This document shows, one piece after another, positions 54,456-64,000 of a stretch of 64,000 nt of DNA. The stretch's first letter is position 1. Each line of letters starts with the position of its first letter. The DNA is from an uncultured delta proteobacterium. GTDB lineage: Bacteria > Desulfobacterota > Binatia > UBA9968. The notes under the pieces are model-generated. The model was not told the DNA's origin. It worked only from the letters and a program-made list of their open reading frames with translations, and did not search any database. Location: positions 32,001-96,000 of the forward strand of contig CAWDPO010000023.1 of the NCBI GenBank assembly GCA_963804165.1, given 5' to 3'. Made by a program: the position numbers and the translations under genes.

Positions 54456-54824
54456 TCAGAGCACTTCGGGCGCGAGGGAAATAATTTTCATGAACTTCTT
54501 CGCCCTCAGCTCTCGCGCCACCGGTCCAAAGATACGCGTTCCGATGGGCTCTTTTTGATTATCAATCAATACCGCCGAATTGTTGTCGAAGCGAATGTAA
54601 GTACCGTCGGGCCGGCCCAATTCCTTAGCCGTGCGCACAACAACGGCTTTCATGACCTCGCCTTTTTTAACTTTGCCGTTGGGGATAGCTTCCTTGACGG
54701 AGACCACGATAATATCGCCAATTGAGGCGTATTTGCGTTTGCTCCCTCCCAGAACTTTTATGCACTGCACACGCCGTGCGCCGGAATTGTCGGCCACATC
54801 TAATGTCGTTCGCATCTGAATCAT
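54456..54824 (-). CDS. rplN: 50S ribosomal protein L14
   Basis: VADNSGA and SLAPEVL. Confidence 0.97.
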   Translation of the reverse strand: MIQMRTTLDVADNSGARRVQCIKVLGGSKRKYASIGDIIVVSVKEAIPNGKVKKGEVMKAVVVRTAKELGRPDGTYIRFDNNSAVLIDNQKEPIGTRIFGPVARELRAKKFMKIISLAPEVL

Positions 54825-54862
54825 GGATCAACCTCGACGTCCTTGCTACCTACGAGCGACAC

Positions 54863-55159
54863 CTAAGCGTCGGCCCCTTTTGACTCTTCCTGGGTTGCAT
54901 GGCCCCGTTCCAGGACTTTGCTGACACGCCAACGCTTGTCCCGGCTAAGCGGACGACACTCCACGATCAGTACGCGATCACCGATGCGACATTGATTGCT
55001 CTCGTCGTGCGCCTTCACTTTGGAGCGGCGTCGCAGGATTTTTTTATACCGCGGATGCATGACCGTCCGTTCGATGGAAATCACCACGGTCTTTTGCATG
55101 CGGTCACTGACCACCAGTCCCGTTCGTTCTTTTCTCAACCCTGGGGTGCTCATGCTCAT
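54863..55159 (-). CDS. rpsQ: 30S ribosomal protein S17
   Basis: GLVVSDRMQKT and ECRPLS. Confidence 0.96.
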   Translation of the reverse strand: MSMSTPGLRKERTGLVVSDRMQKTVVISIERTVMHPRYKKILRRRSKVKAHDESNQCRIGDRVLIVECRPLSRDKRWRVSKVLERGHATQEESKGADA

Positions 55160-55359
55160 CCTCTTTGCCCTCGGAGGACTCGTTCACGCAGAATGGTTTC
55201 GACGCGGGCAAGGTTGCGCTTGGTTTCTTTGAGCTTCATGGGATTCTCTAACCGGCTGGTGGCGCGCTTTAGTTTCAGATTGCCGATTTCCTCGTGTAAC
55301 GAGAGACGTTTTTGTGCTAAATCCTCGACGCTCATCTCCCGCAGTTCTTTAGCCTCCAT
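55156..55359 (-). CDS. rpmC: 50S ribosomal protein L29
   Basis: AKELRE...LENP...LARVET, located between rplP and rpsQ. Confidence 0.93.
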   Translation of the reverse strand: MEAKELREMSVEDLAQKRLSLHEEIGNLKLKRATSRLENPMKLKETKRNLARVETILRERVLRGQRG

Positions 55360-55774
55360 GAGCCACACTCCTGCGCTGTACGGTGATCGTTGGGATGGAT
55401 AGTTTGTGCGCCGCTAAGCGGAAGGCCTCCTTGGCGAGCGGGCCTTCAACACCTTCCATTTCGAATAAGATTCGGCCCGGTTGGACGACGGCAACCCACA
55501 TTTCGGGAGCTCCCTTTCCCTTTCCCATCCGGGTTTCTAGAGGCTTTTTGGTCAGCGGCTTGTCAGGAAAAATCCGAATCCAGACCTTGCCGCCGCGCTT
55601 AAGGTAACGCGTTAAAGCGACTCGCGCCGCCTCGATCTCACGCGCGCTCATCCAGCCGCGCCCGACCGCCTTGAGACCAAAATCTCCAAAGGCTAAGGTC
55701 GAACCGCGATGGGCCGTCCCCCGGCGACGTCCCTTCTGCAGTTTGCGATATTTAACTTTTTTTGGTTCGAGCAT
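55349..55774 (-). CDS. rplP: 50S ribosomal protein L16
   Basis: WIRIFPDKP and RMGKGKG. Confidence 0.97.
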   Translation of the reverse strand: MLEPKKVKYRKLQKGRRRGTAHRGSTLAFGDFGLKAVGRGWMSAREIEAARVALTRYLKRGGKVWIRIFPDKPLTKKPLETRMGKGKGAPEMWVAVVQPGRILFEMEGVEGPLAKEAFRLAAHKLSIPTITVQRRSVAHGG

Positions 55775-55821
55775 TTTGATTACGTATTTTTGCTAGATTC
55801 GTCGCGATTCAGCCAATTTCT

Positions 55822-56484
55822 TCATCCACCCAACATCGCCTTCTGTTGCTCTTCTTCCTCGGTCAAAACCTCGCCGCGAAAAATCCAAACTTTGACACCG
55901 ATCACGCCGTAGGTGGTGCGCGCCTCGGCGAAACCATAACTGATGTCCGCACGCAGCGTGTGCAGCGGTACGCGCCCTTCACGGTACCACTCGGTGCGCG
56001 CAATTTCGGAACCGCCCAAGCGACCGGCCGATTGAATTCTTACGCCCTGCGCGCCCATGCGCATGGCTCGGGAAACGCTTTCCTTCATGGCACGGCGAAA
56101 AGCGACGCGGCGCTCCAACTGCAAAGCGACATTCTCCGCGGCAAGCTGGCCATCGAGGTCCGGTCTACGAACCTCATGAATATTGATGTAAGTTTCCCGA
56201 TGAGTCAGTTTGGTGATTTCCTCTTTGAGTTTTTCGATCTCGGCGCCCTTTTTACCGATCACGATTCCGGGCCGCGCCGTGTGAATATTGATCTTTGCTT
56301 TATTGGCCGCTCTTTCGATTTCAATGCGCGAGATTCCCGCGTGATAGAGCCGGCTTTTTAAAAATTTTGTTATGCGAAAATCTTCATGGAGCAGTTTGGG
56401 GTAATCGTGACGCGCGAACCACTTCGAGTCCCAGGACTCGATCACGCCGAGACGAAATAATTTCGGATGCGTTTTCTGACCCAT
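55822..56484 (-). CDS. rpsC: 30S ribosomal protein S3
   Basis: MGQKTHP and [10 protein letters not shown]. Confidence 0.97.
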   Translation of the reverse strand: MGQKTHPKLFRLGVIESWDSKWFARHDYPKLLHEDFRITKFLKSRLYHAGISRIEIERAANKAKINIHTARPGIVIGKKGAEIEKLKEEITKLTHRETYINIHEVRRPDLDGQLAAENVALQLERRVAFRRAMKESVSRAMRMGAQGVRIQSAGRLGGSEIARTEWYREGRVPLHTLRADISYGFAEARTTYGVIGVKVWIFRGEVLTEEEEQQKAMLGG

Positions 56485-56490
56485 GAGGCT

Positions 56491-56835
56491 CTAACTCCTC
56501 TCCTGCGCTTCGTCGAGGACGATGGTCACGTGGCTGAGCCGTTTACGCACCCGCGTCGCCCGTCCTTGAGCGCGGGAAGTAAAGCGCTTCCACATGCCGG
56601 CTTCGTCCACCTTGGCCTGCTTGATGAACAAACGATCGACGTCAACGCTCTGAGTGTTTTCCGCATTCGCCACCGCTGTCCGCACAGTCTTTGCTACAAT
56701 ACCCGCAGAGCGCTTGGGAGTGAATTTGAGTATGTTCAACGCTTCTTCGACGCCCTTGCCGCGAATTTGGTCGACCACTAATCGAACTTTTCTCGGCGAG
56801 ATTCGGATAAACTTTGTGATCGCGCGTGCTTCCAT
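56491..56835 (-). CDS. rplV: 50S ribosomal protein L22
   Basis: SPRKVRLV and RAQGRA. Confidence 0.97.
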   Translation of the reverse strand: MEARAITKFIRISPRKVRLVVDQIRGKGVEEALNILKFTPKRSAGIVAKTVRTAVANAENTQSVDVDRLFIKQAKVDEAGMWKRFTSRAQGRATRVRKRLSHVTIVLDEAQERS

Positions 56836-56904
56836 AATTTCGTTAACTTACGAACAAAGTCATCGGACGCTAGCAACCTTTCGTCATAAAACGGTCAACC
56901 CACC

Positions 56905-57255
56905 CTATGGTTTCGCCGCCAGCGCTGCTGCTGGAGCCGGCGCTCTTGGTGCCGCCGCGGGTGGTGCACCCGTCGTTTCTTTGGCTTCGGCTTTCCGATC
57001 GCCCGAATGTGCGAAGAAAGTCCTCGTTGGAGCGAATTCACCGAGCTTATGGCCAACCATGTTTTCGCTGACAAATACCGGAATAAACTTCCTGCCGTTA
57101 TGCACGCCGATCGTGAGTCCGACCATCTCGGGAGTCACCGTCGATCGCCGCGACCACGTGCGAATGACCTGCCTTTGCCGCGATTCGCTGATCGCGGCAA
57201 TTTTTTTCAAAAGATGCTGGTCGACAAAAGGCCCTTTTTTAACCGAACGCGCCAT
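56905..57255 (-). CDS. rpsS: 30S ribosomal protein S19 with Ala/Pro-rich C-terminal extension
   Basis: RSVKKGPF and [11 protein letters not shown]. Confidence 0.97.
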   Translation of the reverse strand: MARSVKKGPFVDQHLLKKIAAISESRQRQVIRTWSRRSTVTPEMVGLTIGVHNGRKFIPVFVSENMVGHKLGEFAPTRTFFAHSGDRKAEAKETTGAPPAAAPRAPAPAAALAAKP

Positions 57256-57257
57256 CG

Positions 57258-58085
57258 CTACCTACCTTTTCTCCGCTGCACGATATACTTGTCGGATGCA
57301 TGGTTCTTTCGCGTCTTATAACCCTTGGTTGGCTTGCCCCATGGCGTCATCGGATGATTACCCTTCGATCTTCCTTCGCCGCCTCCGTGCGGGTGATCGA
57401 CCGGGTTCTTGGCGATACCGCGCGTCGTCGGCCGAAACCCTAGCCAGCGTATCCTCCCCGCTTTCCCCCAGGAAACATTCTCTTGGTCGGCATTTCCGAC
57501 TTGACCCACCGTGGCACGGCAGTCAGCCAGGACGTAGCGCAGCTCGCCCGAAGGAAGTTTGATCAAAGCATAGGAGCCTTCCTTGGCCATCAGCTGGGCG
57601 CCCAATCCAGCGCTCCGTACCAATTGTCCACCCTTGCCGATCTTCAGTTCGATATTATGCACCACGGTGCCAACCGGAATAAACTTGAGCGGCAAGGAAT
57701 TGCCAGGCTGAATATCGACATTGTCGTCGCCGGCGAGCACTGAGGCGCCTACCTGCAAGCGTTCTGGCGCGAGAATATAGCGCCGTTCGCCGTCGGCATA
57801 GCAGAGTAATGCGATGCGCGCCGAACGGTTCGGATCGTATTCGATCGCTTCGACCTTCGCAGGGACATTGAATTTGTTGCGTTTGAAATCAATCACGCGA
57901 TACAGCCGCTTGTGCCCACCGCCGCGATGATCCGCGGTGACACGGCCGGTGTTGTTACGCCCGCCGCTATGGTTGAGCCGCTCGCGCAAACCCTTCTCCG
58001 GTCTCGCCTTGGTCACCTCATCAAAACTGAGCCCGGTGCGAAAACGCATGCCTGCGGAGGTGGGTTGATAAGTCTTAATGGCCAT
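57258..58085 (-). CDS. rplB: 50S ribosomal protein L2
   Basis: EYDPNRSA and [12 protein letters not shown]. Confidence 0.97.
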   Translation of the reverse strand: MAIKTYQPTSAGMRFRTGLSFDEVTKARPEKGLRERLNHSGGRNNTGRVTADHRGGGHKRLYRVIDFKRNKFNVPAKVEAIEYDPNRSARIALLCYADGERRYILAPERLQVGASVLAGDDNVDIQPGNSLPLKFIPVGTVVHNIELKIGKGGQLVRSAGLGAQLMAKEGSYALIKLPSGELRYVLADCRATVGQVGNADQENVSWGKAGRIRWLGFRPTTRGIAKNPVDHPHGGGEGRSKGNHPMTPWGKPTKGYKTRKNHASDKYIVQRRKGR

Positions 58086-58104
58086 GGGCTAATCTCTTTT
58101 TATT

Positions 58105-58395
58105 TTATGCTCCACCAAAAAAGTCGATTTTATCGCCGTCTTTGAGCGTTACGTAAGCTTTCTTCCAATCAGAGCGTCGCCCGATGTTTTTCCCGATGCG
58201 ACGCATCTTGCCTAGATAGCGTGCCATGCGGACTTGCGTGACTTTGACCTTGAAAAGCGTTTCGACCGCGTGTTTGACTTCGATCTTGTTAGCGTCAGGG
58301 CGAACCTTGAACAAAACCTGATTGGCGCTTTCGGTTAATAGCGTGCCTTTTTCCGAGACCAGCGGCGCTTTGATCACATCGTGCGGGCTCTTCAT
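58105..58395 (-). CDS. rplW: 50S ribosomal protein L23
   Basis: P.VSEK, ANKIEVK and WKKAYVTL. Confidence 0.96.
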   Translation of the reverse strand: MKSPHDVIKAPLVSEKGTLLTESANQVLFKVRPDANKIEVKHAVETLFKVKVTQVRMARYLGKMRRIGKNIGRRSDWKKAYVTLKDGDKIDFFGGA

Positions 58396-58988
58396 GCGGC
58401 CAACCTCTCTTCCAGCCGCTTAAGCGCTTGCTCGGTCAGGATCAGGTGCTCGTGATACAAGATATCGTAAACGTTCAAACCTTCCACTCGCAGCACTTTG
58501 ACTTTGGGCAGGTTGCGCGCCGAACGCTCGATCTTTGCATCCGGTTGTGCGATCACGATCAACGCGCTTTCGACTTTCAACTCGGCCAACGCCTGGGCCA
58601 TGATCCTTGTCTTCGCCGCCTCGAGCTCGAGCTTGTCAACCACGACAAGCTTGCCGTCACGCTTCTTGAGGCTTAGGGCGGACAGCAACGCCTCCCGTCG
58701 GGCCGTCCTCGGTATTCGATAAGAATAGTCGCGCGGCTGAGGACCGAAGACTGTACCACCGCCGACCCAGATCGGCGAGCGGATACTACCCGCGCGCGCG
58801 CGTCCCGTACCTTTTTGCCGCCAGGGCTTTTTGCCGCCACCCTTGACGAACCCTTTGGACTTAGTCGCAGCGCTGCCAGCGCGCCGATTGGCAAGCTGCA
58901 TGACCACGGCTTGATGGAGTAAGTGAGAACGCGTCTTTGCGCCAAAAATCGACTCGTTAAGATGCGGCTCTATCACGTGGACTTCCAT
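58392..58988 (-). CDS. rplD: 50S ribosomal protein L4
   Basis: [14 protein letters not shown]. Confidence 0.96.
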   Translation of the reverse strand: MEVHVIEPHLNESIFGAKTRSHLLHQAVVMQLANRRAGSAATKSKGFVKGGGKKPWRQKGTGRARAGSIRSPIWVGGGTVFGPQPRDYSYRIPRTARREALLSALSLKKRDGKLVVVDKLELEAAKTRIMAQALAELKVESALIVIAQPDAKIERSARNLPKVKVLRVEGLNVYDILYHEHLILTEQALKRLEERLAA

Positions 58989-58993
58989 TGAAT

Positions 58994-59632
58994 TTACCCT
59001 TTGGTCGCCGGGCGCAATATGACGACACCGTGCTTTGCGCCGGGCACTGCGCCGCGGACCAGCATCAAATTCTCCTCGGCGCGAATATCCACAACCTCAA
59101 GATTCTGCGTCGAAACTTGCTCGTTACCCCAGTGGCCCGCCATTTTCTTGCCTTTGCGCACGCGTCCGGGATAGGACCGATTGCCGATCGAACCGCCATG
59201 ACGAAAGTATTCGTGGGTGCCGTGCGAACCTGGAAAACCGGCGAAAGACCAGCGCTTGATGACACCTGAAAAGCCATGTCCTTTGGAGACGCCGGACACA
59301 TCGATGCGATCACCGACCTTGAAAAGATCGCTCGCCTTGATCTCTTGGCCGACTTCGTATGGTGACACGTCGTCGACGCGAAACTCCCTCAGGACTTCAA
59401 AAGCGCCCTTGCCGGCCTTTGCCATATGACCCTGTGCGGCTTTGTTCACGCGCTGCGCCTTCCGAGTGCCGAAACCAACTTGCAACGCGTTGTAGCCATC
59501 CGTCGATGTTTGCTTTTTTTGCACCACGACGCACGGGCGGGTCTCAACGATCGTGACCGGCACCACGTTTCCCTCGGCGTTGTAGAATTGCATCATGCCG
59601 ATTTTTCTGGCGATGAGTCCTGTCATATTCAC
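58994..59632 (-). CDS. rplC: 50S ribosomal protein L3
   Basis: KIGM, SKGHGF and GAVPG motifs. Confidence 0.96.
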   Translation of the reverse strand: MNMTGLIARKIGMMQFYNAEGNVVPVTIVETRPCVVVQKKQTSTDGYNALQVGFGTRKAQRVNKAAQGHMAKAGKGAFEVLREFRVDDVSPYEVGQEIKASDLFKVGDRIDVSGVSKGHGFSGVIKRWSFAGFPGSHGTHEYFRHGGSIGNRSYPGRVRKGKKMAGHWGNEQVSTQNLEVVDIRAEENLMLVRGAVPGAKHGVVILRPATKG

Positions 59633-59673
59633 GTTCCAATTAGCGCGACGTGCGAGCTAAAGTTTCCCCCGTC

Positions 59674-59982
59674 TCACTGCAACTTGATCTCAACATCGAC
59701 CCCGGCCGCAATATCAAGCTTGCCCAGCGCGTCAATGGTTTGTTGCGTCGGCTCGAGAATATCGAGAAGCCGTTTGTGCGTACGGATTTCGTACTGATCC
59801 CGCGACTTTTTATCGACATGAGGCGAGCGGTTGACGGTGAACCTTTCAATCCTGGTCGGCAACGGAATCGGACCCGCTACCCGACCGCCGGTGCGCCTTA
59901 CGGTCTCGACAATCTCCCCCACCGACTGATCCAGCACGCGGTGGTCGTAGGCTTTTAGCCGAATCCTAATCTTCTCGTTCAT
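59674..59982 (-). CDS. rpsJ: 30S ribosomal protein S10
   Basis: IRIRLKAYD and GPIPLPT. Confidence 0.97.
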   Translation of the reverse strand: MNEKIRIRLKAYDHRVLDQSVGEIVETVRRTGGRVAGPIPLPTRIERFTVNRSPHVDKKSRDQYEIRTHKRLLDILEPTQQTIDALGKLDIAAGVDVEIKLQ

Positions 59983-62075
59983 ACTTCATCATCCGACTTG
60001 TCATCAAACTTGGCGATAATTCCCTCGGCGACCGCCGCTGGAACAGGTTCATAATGAGCAAACTGCATTGTGTAAGTCGCTCTCCCTTGAGTCATCGACC
60101 GCAAATCGGTCGCATATCCGAACATTTCCGCCAGCGGCACGCGCGCATCGATCGCCTGCGCGGCGGGCCGCGTGTCCATGCCCAAAACCTTGCCGCGTCT
60201 CGAACTGATATCACCGATCACATCGCCCATAAACTCTTCCGGCACGACCACTTCGACCGACATAATCGGCTCGAGCAGCACTGGATTGGCTTTGCGCATG
60301 GCGGCCTTAAAGGCCATCGAGCCGGCAATCTTGAAAGCGATCTCCGAAGAATCGACGTCATGATAACTGCCATCGAAAAGAGTGGCTTTGACGTCGACCA
60401 CAGGATAGCCGGCAAGCGCGCCATTTTCGGTCGCTTCCCTAATTCCTTTTTCTACGGCAGGGATGTATTCACGAGGAATAGAGCCACCTTTAATGGCATC
60501 GACAAATTCAAACCCGGCGCCGGGTGGCTGCGGCTCGAGGGTGATCCAAACATCGCCGTACTGGCCGCGGCCGCCGGTTTGGCGGACGAAACGGCCTTGC
60601 TGTTCAACTTTTTTACGAACGGTCTCTTTATAGGCAACCTGAGGCTTGCCGACGTTGGCGCCGACATTGAACTCGCGCAGTAGGCGATCGACGATAATTT
60701 CGAGATGAAGCTCGCCCATGCCGGAGATAATCGTCTGGCCGGTTTCTTCATCGGTGCGGACTTTGAAGGAAGGATCTTCCGTCGCCAGCTTTTGGAGAGA
60801 TAGGCCTAGCCTTTCTTGGTCCGCCTTGCTTTTCGGTTCGATCGCGATCGATATAACTGGATCGGGAAAATCAATCGACTCGAGCATGATCGGCTCTTCT
60901 TCATCGCATAACGTATCGCCGGTCGTCGCGGTTTTCAGTCCGACTGCGGCGGCGATATCACCGGCATAAACTTCCTTGATCTCTTCACGCTTGTTCGCGT
61001 GCATTTTGAGCAAGCGACCGATGCGCTCTCTTTTGCTTTTTGTCGAATTATAAATGCTGGAGCCAGACGTGATCGATCCGGAATAGACGCGGAAGAACGT
61101 CAGGGTACCGACGAATGGATCCGTCATTATTTTGAACGCCAGCGCCGAAAAGGGCGCATCATCTTTCGCCGGCCGTTCGGCCGGAGTGGTCGTTCCCGCT
61201 TCGACACCCTTGACCGGCGGAATATCTTGAGGCGATGGGAGATAATCCACGACCGCGTCCAACATCGGCTGCACGCCTTTGTTGCGAAACGCTGAACCAC
61301 ACAGTGCCGGCACGATCTTGAGAGAAAGAGTCCCCTTACGAATCGCCGCGCGAAGTTCACTTTCAGAAATATCTTTGCCTTCGAGATATTTCTCCATGAT
61401 CGCTTCGTCGCTGTCAGCGACCGTTTCGATTAACTTCTCGCGATATTCCTGAGCCTGTGTCTTAAGATCAGCCGGGATGGGTTCCTCATGGAATTTAGCG
61501 CCGAGGCTTTCCTCTTCCCACACAACCGCCTTCATTCCCACTAAATCGACGACCCCGGTAAACTTCTCTTCAGCGCCGATCGGAAGCTGTACGACGGCCG
61601 GGCGCGCGCCCAGTCGATCCTCGATCATTTTAACGACGTGAAAAAAATCCGCGCCCAGCCTGTCCATTTTATTGACAAATGCCAAACGCGGCACGCCATA
61701 TTTGTCGGCCTGCCGCCACACGGTCTCCGTCTGCGGTTCGACGCCGCCGACTGAACAAAAAACCGCTACGGCACCGTCGAGTACCCGCAGCGAGCGCTCA
61801 ACTTCGATAGTAAAGTCAACGTGGCCAGGAGTATCGATAATATTCACTCTGTGATCGCGCCACAGGCAAGTGGTTGCTGCCGAGGTTATCGTAATTCCAC
61901 GCTCTTGTTCCTGAACCATCCAGTCCATCGTCGCGGTACCCTCGTGTACCTCGCCGATCTTGTAGTTGATCCCGGTGTAATAAAGGATGCGCTCGGTGGT
62001 CGTGGTTTTGCCCGCATCGATGTGCGCCATAATCCCGATATTGCGGGTCTTCTCTAACGGAACAGTTCGTGCCAT
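59979..62075 (-). CDS. fusA: Elongation factor G
   Basis: [19 protein letters not shown] and NKMD motifs. Confidence 0.98.
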   Translation of the reverse strand: MARTVPLEKTRNIGIMAHIDAGKTTTTERILYYTGINYKIGEVHEGTATMDWMVQEQERGITITSAATTCLWRDHRVNIIDTPGHVDFTIEVERSLRVLDGAVAVFCSVGGVEPQTETVWRQADKYGVPRLAFVNKMDRLGADFFHVVKMIEDRLGARPAVVQLPIGAEEKFTGVVDLVGMKAVVWEEESLGAKFHEEPIPADLKTQAQEYREKLIETVADSDEAIMEKYLEGKDISESELRAAIRKGTLSLKIVPALCGSAFRNKGVQPMLDAVVDYLPSPQDIPPVKGVEAGTTTPAERPAKDDAPFSALAFKIMTDPFVGTLTFFRVYSGSITSGSSIYNSTKSKRERIGRLLKMHANKREEIKEVYAGDIAAAVGLKTATTGDTLCDEEEPIMLESIDFPDPVISIAIEPKSKADQERLGLSLQKLATEDPSFKVRTDEETGQTIISGMGELHLEIIVDRLLREFNVGANVGKPQVAYKETVRKKVEQQGRFVRQTGGRGQYGDVWITLEPQPPGAGFEFVDAIKGGSIPREYIPAVEKGIREATENGALAGYPVVDVKATLFDGSYHDVDSSEIAFKIAGSMAFKAAMRKANPVLLEPIMSVEVVVPEEFMGDVIGDISSRRGKVLGMDTRPAAQAIDARVPLAEMFGYATDLRSMTQGRATYTMQFAHYEPVPAAVAEGIIAKFDDKSDDEV

Positions 62076-62089
62076 TTGACTTTGCGCGG

Positions 62090-62121
62090 AAAAAAAGGAG
62101 GCGGTCAGCCCGCCTCCTTTT
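62090..62121 (-). terminator. Terminator-like hairpin between rpsG and fusA
   Basis: GGAGGCGG-GCTGA-CCGCCTCC followed by T7 on the minus strand. Confidence 0.6.
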
Positions 62122-62144
62122 CCAACGTCACTGACGTTGCAATA

Positions 62145-62621
<477 letters not shown>

Positions 62622-62993
62622 CTACTTCGGTCTCTTCGCCCCATATTTGGAGCGACCCTGTCGGCGTTCCTGGACACCAATGGAATCCAAGGTTCCTCGG
62701 ATAATGTGATAACGCACCCCGGGCAGGTCTTTGACGCGACCACCGCGAATCAAAACCACCGAGTGTTCTTGCAAGTTGTGTCCCACTCCGGGAATGTAGG
62801 AAGTCACTTCAATCCCATTGGTGAGCCGAACGCGCGCAACTTTTCGTAACGCCGAGTTAGGCTTCTTTGGCGTTGATGTGTAAACGCGAGTGCACACCCC
62901 CCGCTTCTGGGGGCAACTCTGCAGCGCTGGCGCGGTGTTCTTTCGGCGCTGTTTTTCGCGGCTTTCACGCACTAATTGACTAATCGTCGGCAT
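62622..62993 (-). CDS. rpsL: 30S ribosomal protein S12
   Basis: [10 protein letters not shown] and [10 protein letters not shown]. Confidence 0.98.
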   Translation of the reverse strand: MPTISQLVRESREKQRRKNTAPALQSCPQKRGVCTRVYTSTPKKPNSALRKVARVRLTNGIEVTSYIPGVGHNLQEHSVVLIRGGRVKDLPGVRYHIIRGTLDSIGVQERRQGRSKYGAKRPK

Positions 62994-63067
62994 ATTTTCT
63001 CATTCACACTATGATTTGGATTCTGGGGAGTAGTTTGTTACTTGAAATCCCCCCTGGAGAAATCCTG

Positions 63068-63096
63068 TTATTAGCAAATTACCCTATCATTGTCAA
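63068..63096 (-). promoter_or_regulatory. Sigma70 promoter of the str operon
   Basis: TTGACA-17 bp-TAATAA with an extended -10 TG, immediately after the rpoC stop. Confidence 0.7.
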
Positions 63097-63099
63097 AGC

Positions 63100-64000
63100 T
63101 CAGGCTTCCGCAGCCTGAGAAATCGCACCATTTGGGCCCTCCGGCTCCTCGATTTCGATTTCCGTTTTGGCGTATTTGGCCACGCCGGTCCCTGCCGGGA
63201 TCAAACGACCCATGATGACGTTTTCTTTCAGGCCACATAGGAAATCGACTTTGCCTTGGATCGCGGCCTCCGTGAGCACTTTGGTGGTTTCCTGGAATGA
63301 GGCTGCCGAGATGAAGCTTTCTGTTGAAAGTGAAGCCTTGGTGATGCCGAGCAGGAGAGGCTCCGCCACGGCGGGTTTGCCCCGATCGCCGATGGCCTTT
63401 TGATTTTCTTCATCGAATCGCCATTTTTCGACTTGATCGCCGATCAAAAACTCGGTATCACCGACCTCTTTGATGCGCACTCGGCGCAGCATTTGCCGCA
63501 CGATGACTTCGATGTGCTTGTCGTTAATGCGCACGCCCTGCAGGCGGTAAATCTCTTGCACCTCATCGACCAGGTATTTGGCCAACGCCTTTTCGCCGAG
63601 AATGTTCAAGATATCGTGCGGGTTCGACGAGCCGTCCATCAAAGCTTCACCGGCTTTAATTCTGTCACCGTCGTGTACGCTGATATGTTTGCCCTTTGGA
63701 ATCAGATACTCACGCGGCTCGCCCACCTCGGGAGTGACGACAACTTTCCGTTTGCCCTTGGTGTCTTTGCCGAAGGATACGACACCGTCGATTTCAGTGA
63801 TGACGGCGAACTCTTTCGGCTTGCGTGCTTCGAAGAGTTCCGCCACTCGGGGCAAACCGCCCGTAATATCTTTGGTCTTGGTCGTCTCGCGCGGCATTTT
63901 CGCCAGCACATCACCGGCATAAACCGTCTGCCCTTCTTGAACGTTGATGTGGACGCCTACGGGCAAGAGATAGCGCGCTTCAGAAGTGCCTGAGAGCCGC
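63100..64000 (-). CDS. rpoC: RNA polymerase beta' subunit, 3' part
   Basis: [28 protein letters not shown] and [16 protein letters not shown]. Confidence 0.98.
   Translation of the reverse strand, partial: RLSGTSEARYLLPVGVHINVQEGQTVYAGDVLAKMPRETTKTKDITGGLPRVAELFEARKPKEFAVITEIDGVVSFGKDTKGKRKVVVTPEVGEPREYLIPKGKHISVHDGDRIKAGEALMDGSSNPHDILNILGEKALAKYLVDEVQEIYRLQGVRINDKHIEVIVRQMLRRVRIKEVGDTEFLIGDQVEKWRFDEENQKAIGDRGKPAVAEPLLLGITKASLSTESFISAASFQETTKVLTEAAIQGKVDFLCGLKENVIMGRLIPAGTGVAKYAKTEIEIEEPEGPNGAISQAAEA

Overview
Bacterial chromosomal window, almost entirely coding on the minus strand. Gene order and protein style suggest a Deltaproteobacteria-like lineage such as Ca. Binatia, but this is inference. 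Many single-base frameshifts, including in argS, trpD and trpC, point to long-read indel errors, so most split ORFs are probably intact genes. There are four zones. (1) 1-12 kb: a surface-glycan cluster (nucleotidyltransferase, RfbE-like epimerase, YfhO-like membrane protein, GT4-methyltransferase fusion, GT2, methyltransferase-coiled-coil protein, decayed gmd) with an IS3 remnant and an 'empty vs filled site' repeat pair. (2) 12-27 kb: a tandem candidate RNA motif, an IS110 stub, and an array of five secreted proteins with different passengers (three CSLREA/beta-helix proteins, a PQQ sugar dehydrogenase, a zincin peptidase). All five end in six FG-GAP-like repeats plus a nearly invariant LPQVTILRA(M/L)G(L/M)L tail, and a duplicated hairpin+sigma70 promoter module occurs three times in the array. 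This is the best candidate for an undescribed surface-display or sorting system. (3) 27-45 kb: wzm/wzt, gmhB, GT2, lptD, folC, trpDCFBA, SPOR protein, argS, kptA and small genes. (4) 45-64 kb: the rpoC-str-S10-spc-alpha supercluster, which lacks tuf and rpmD at their usual positions and has a terminator-like hairpin between rpsG and fusA.
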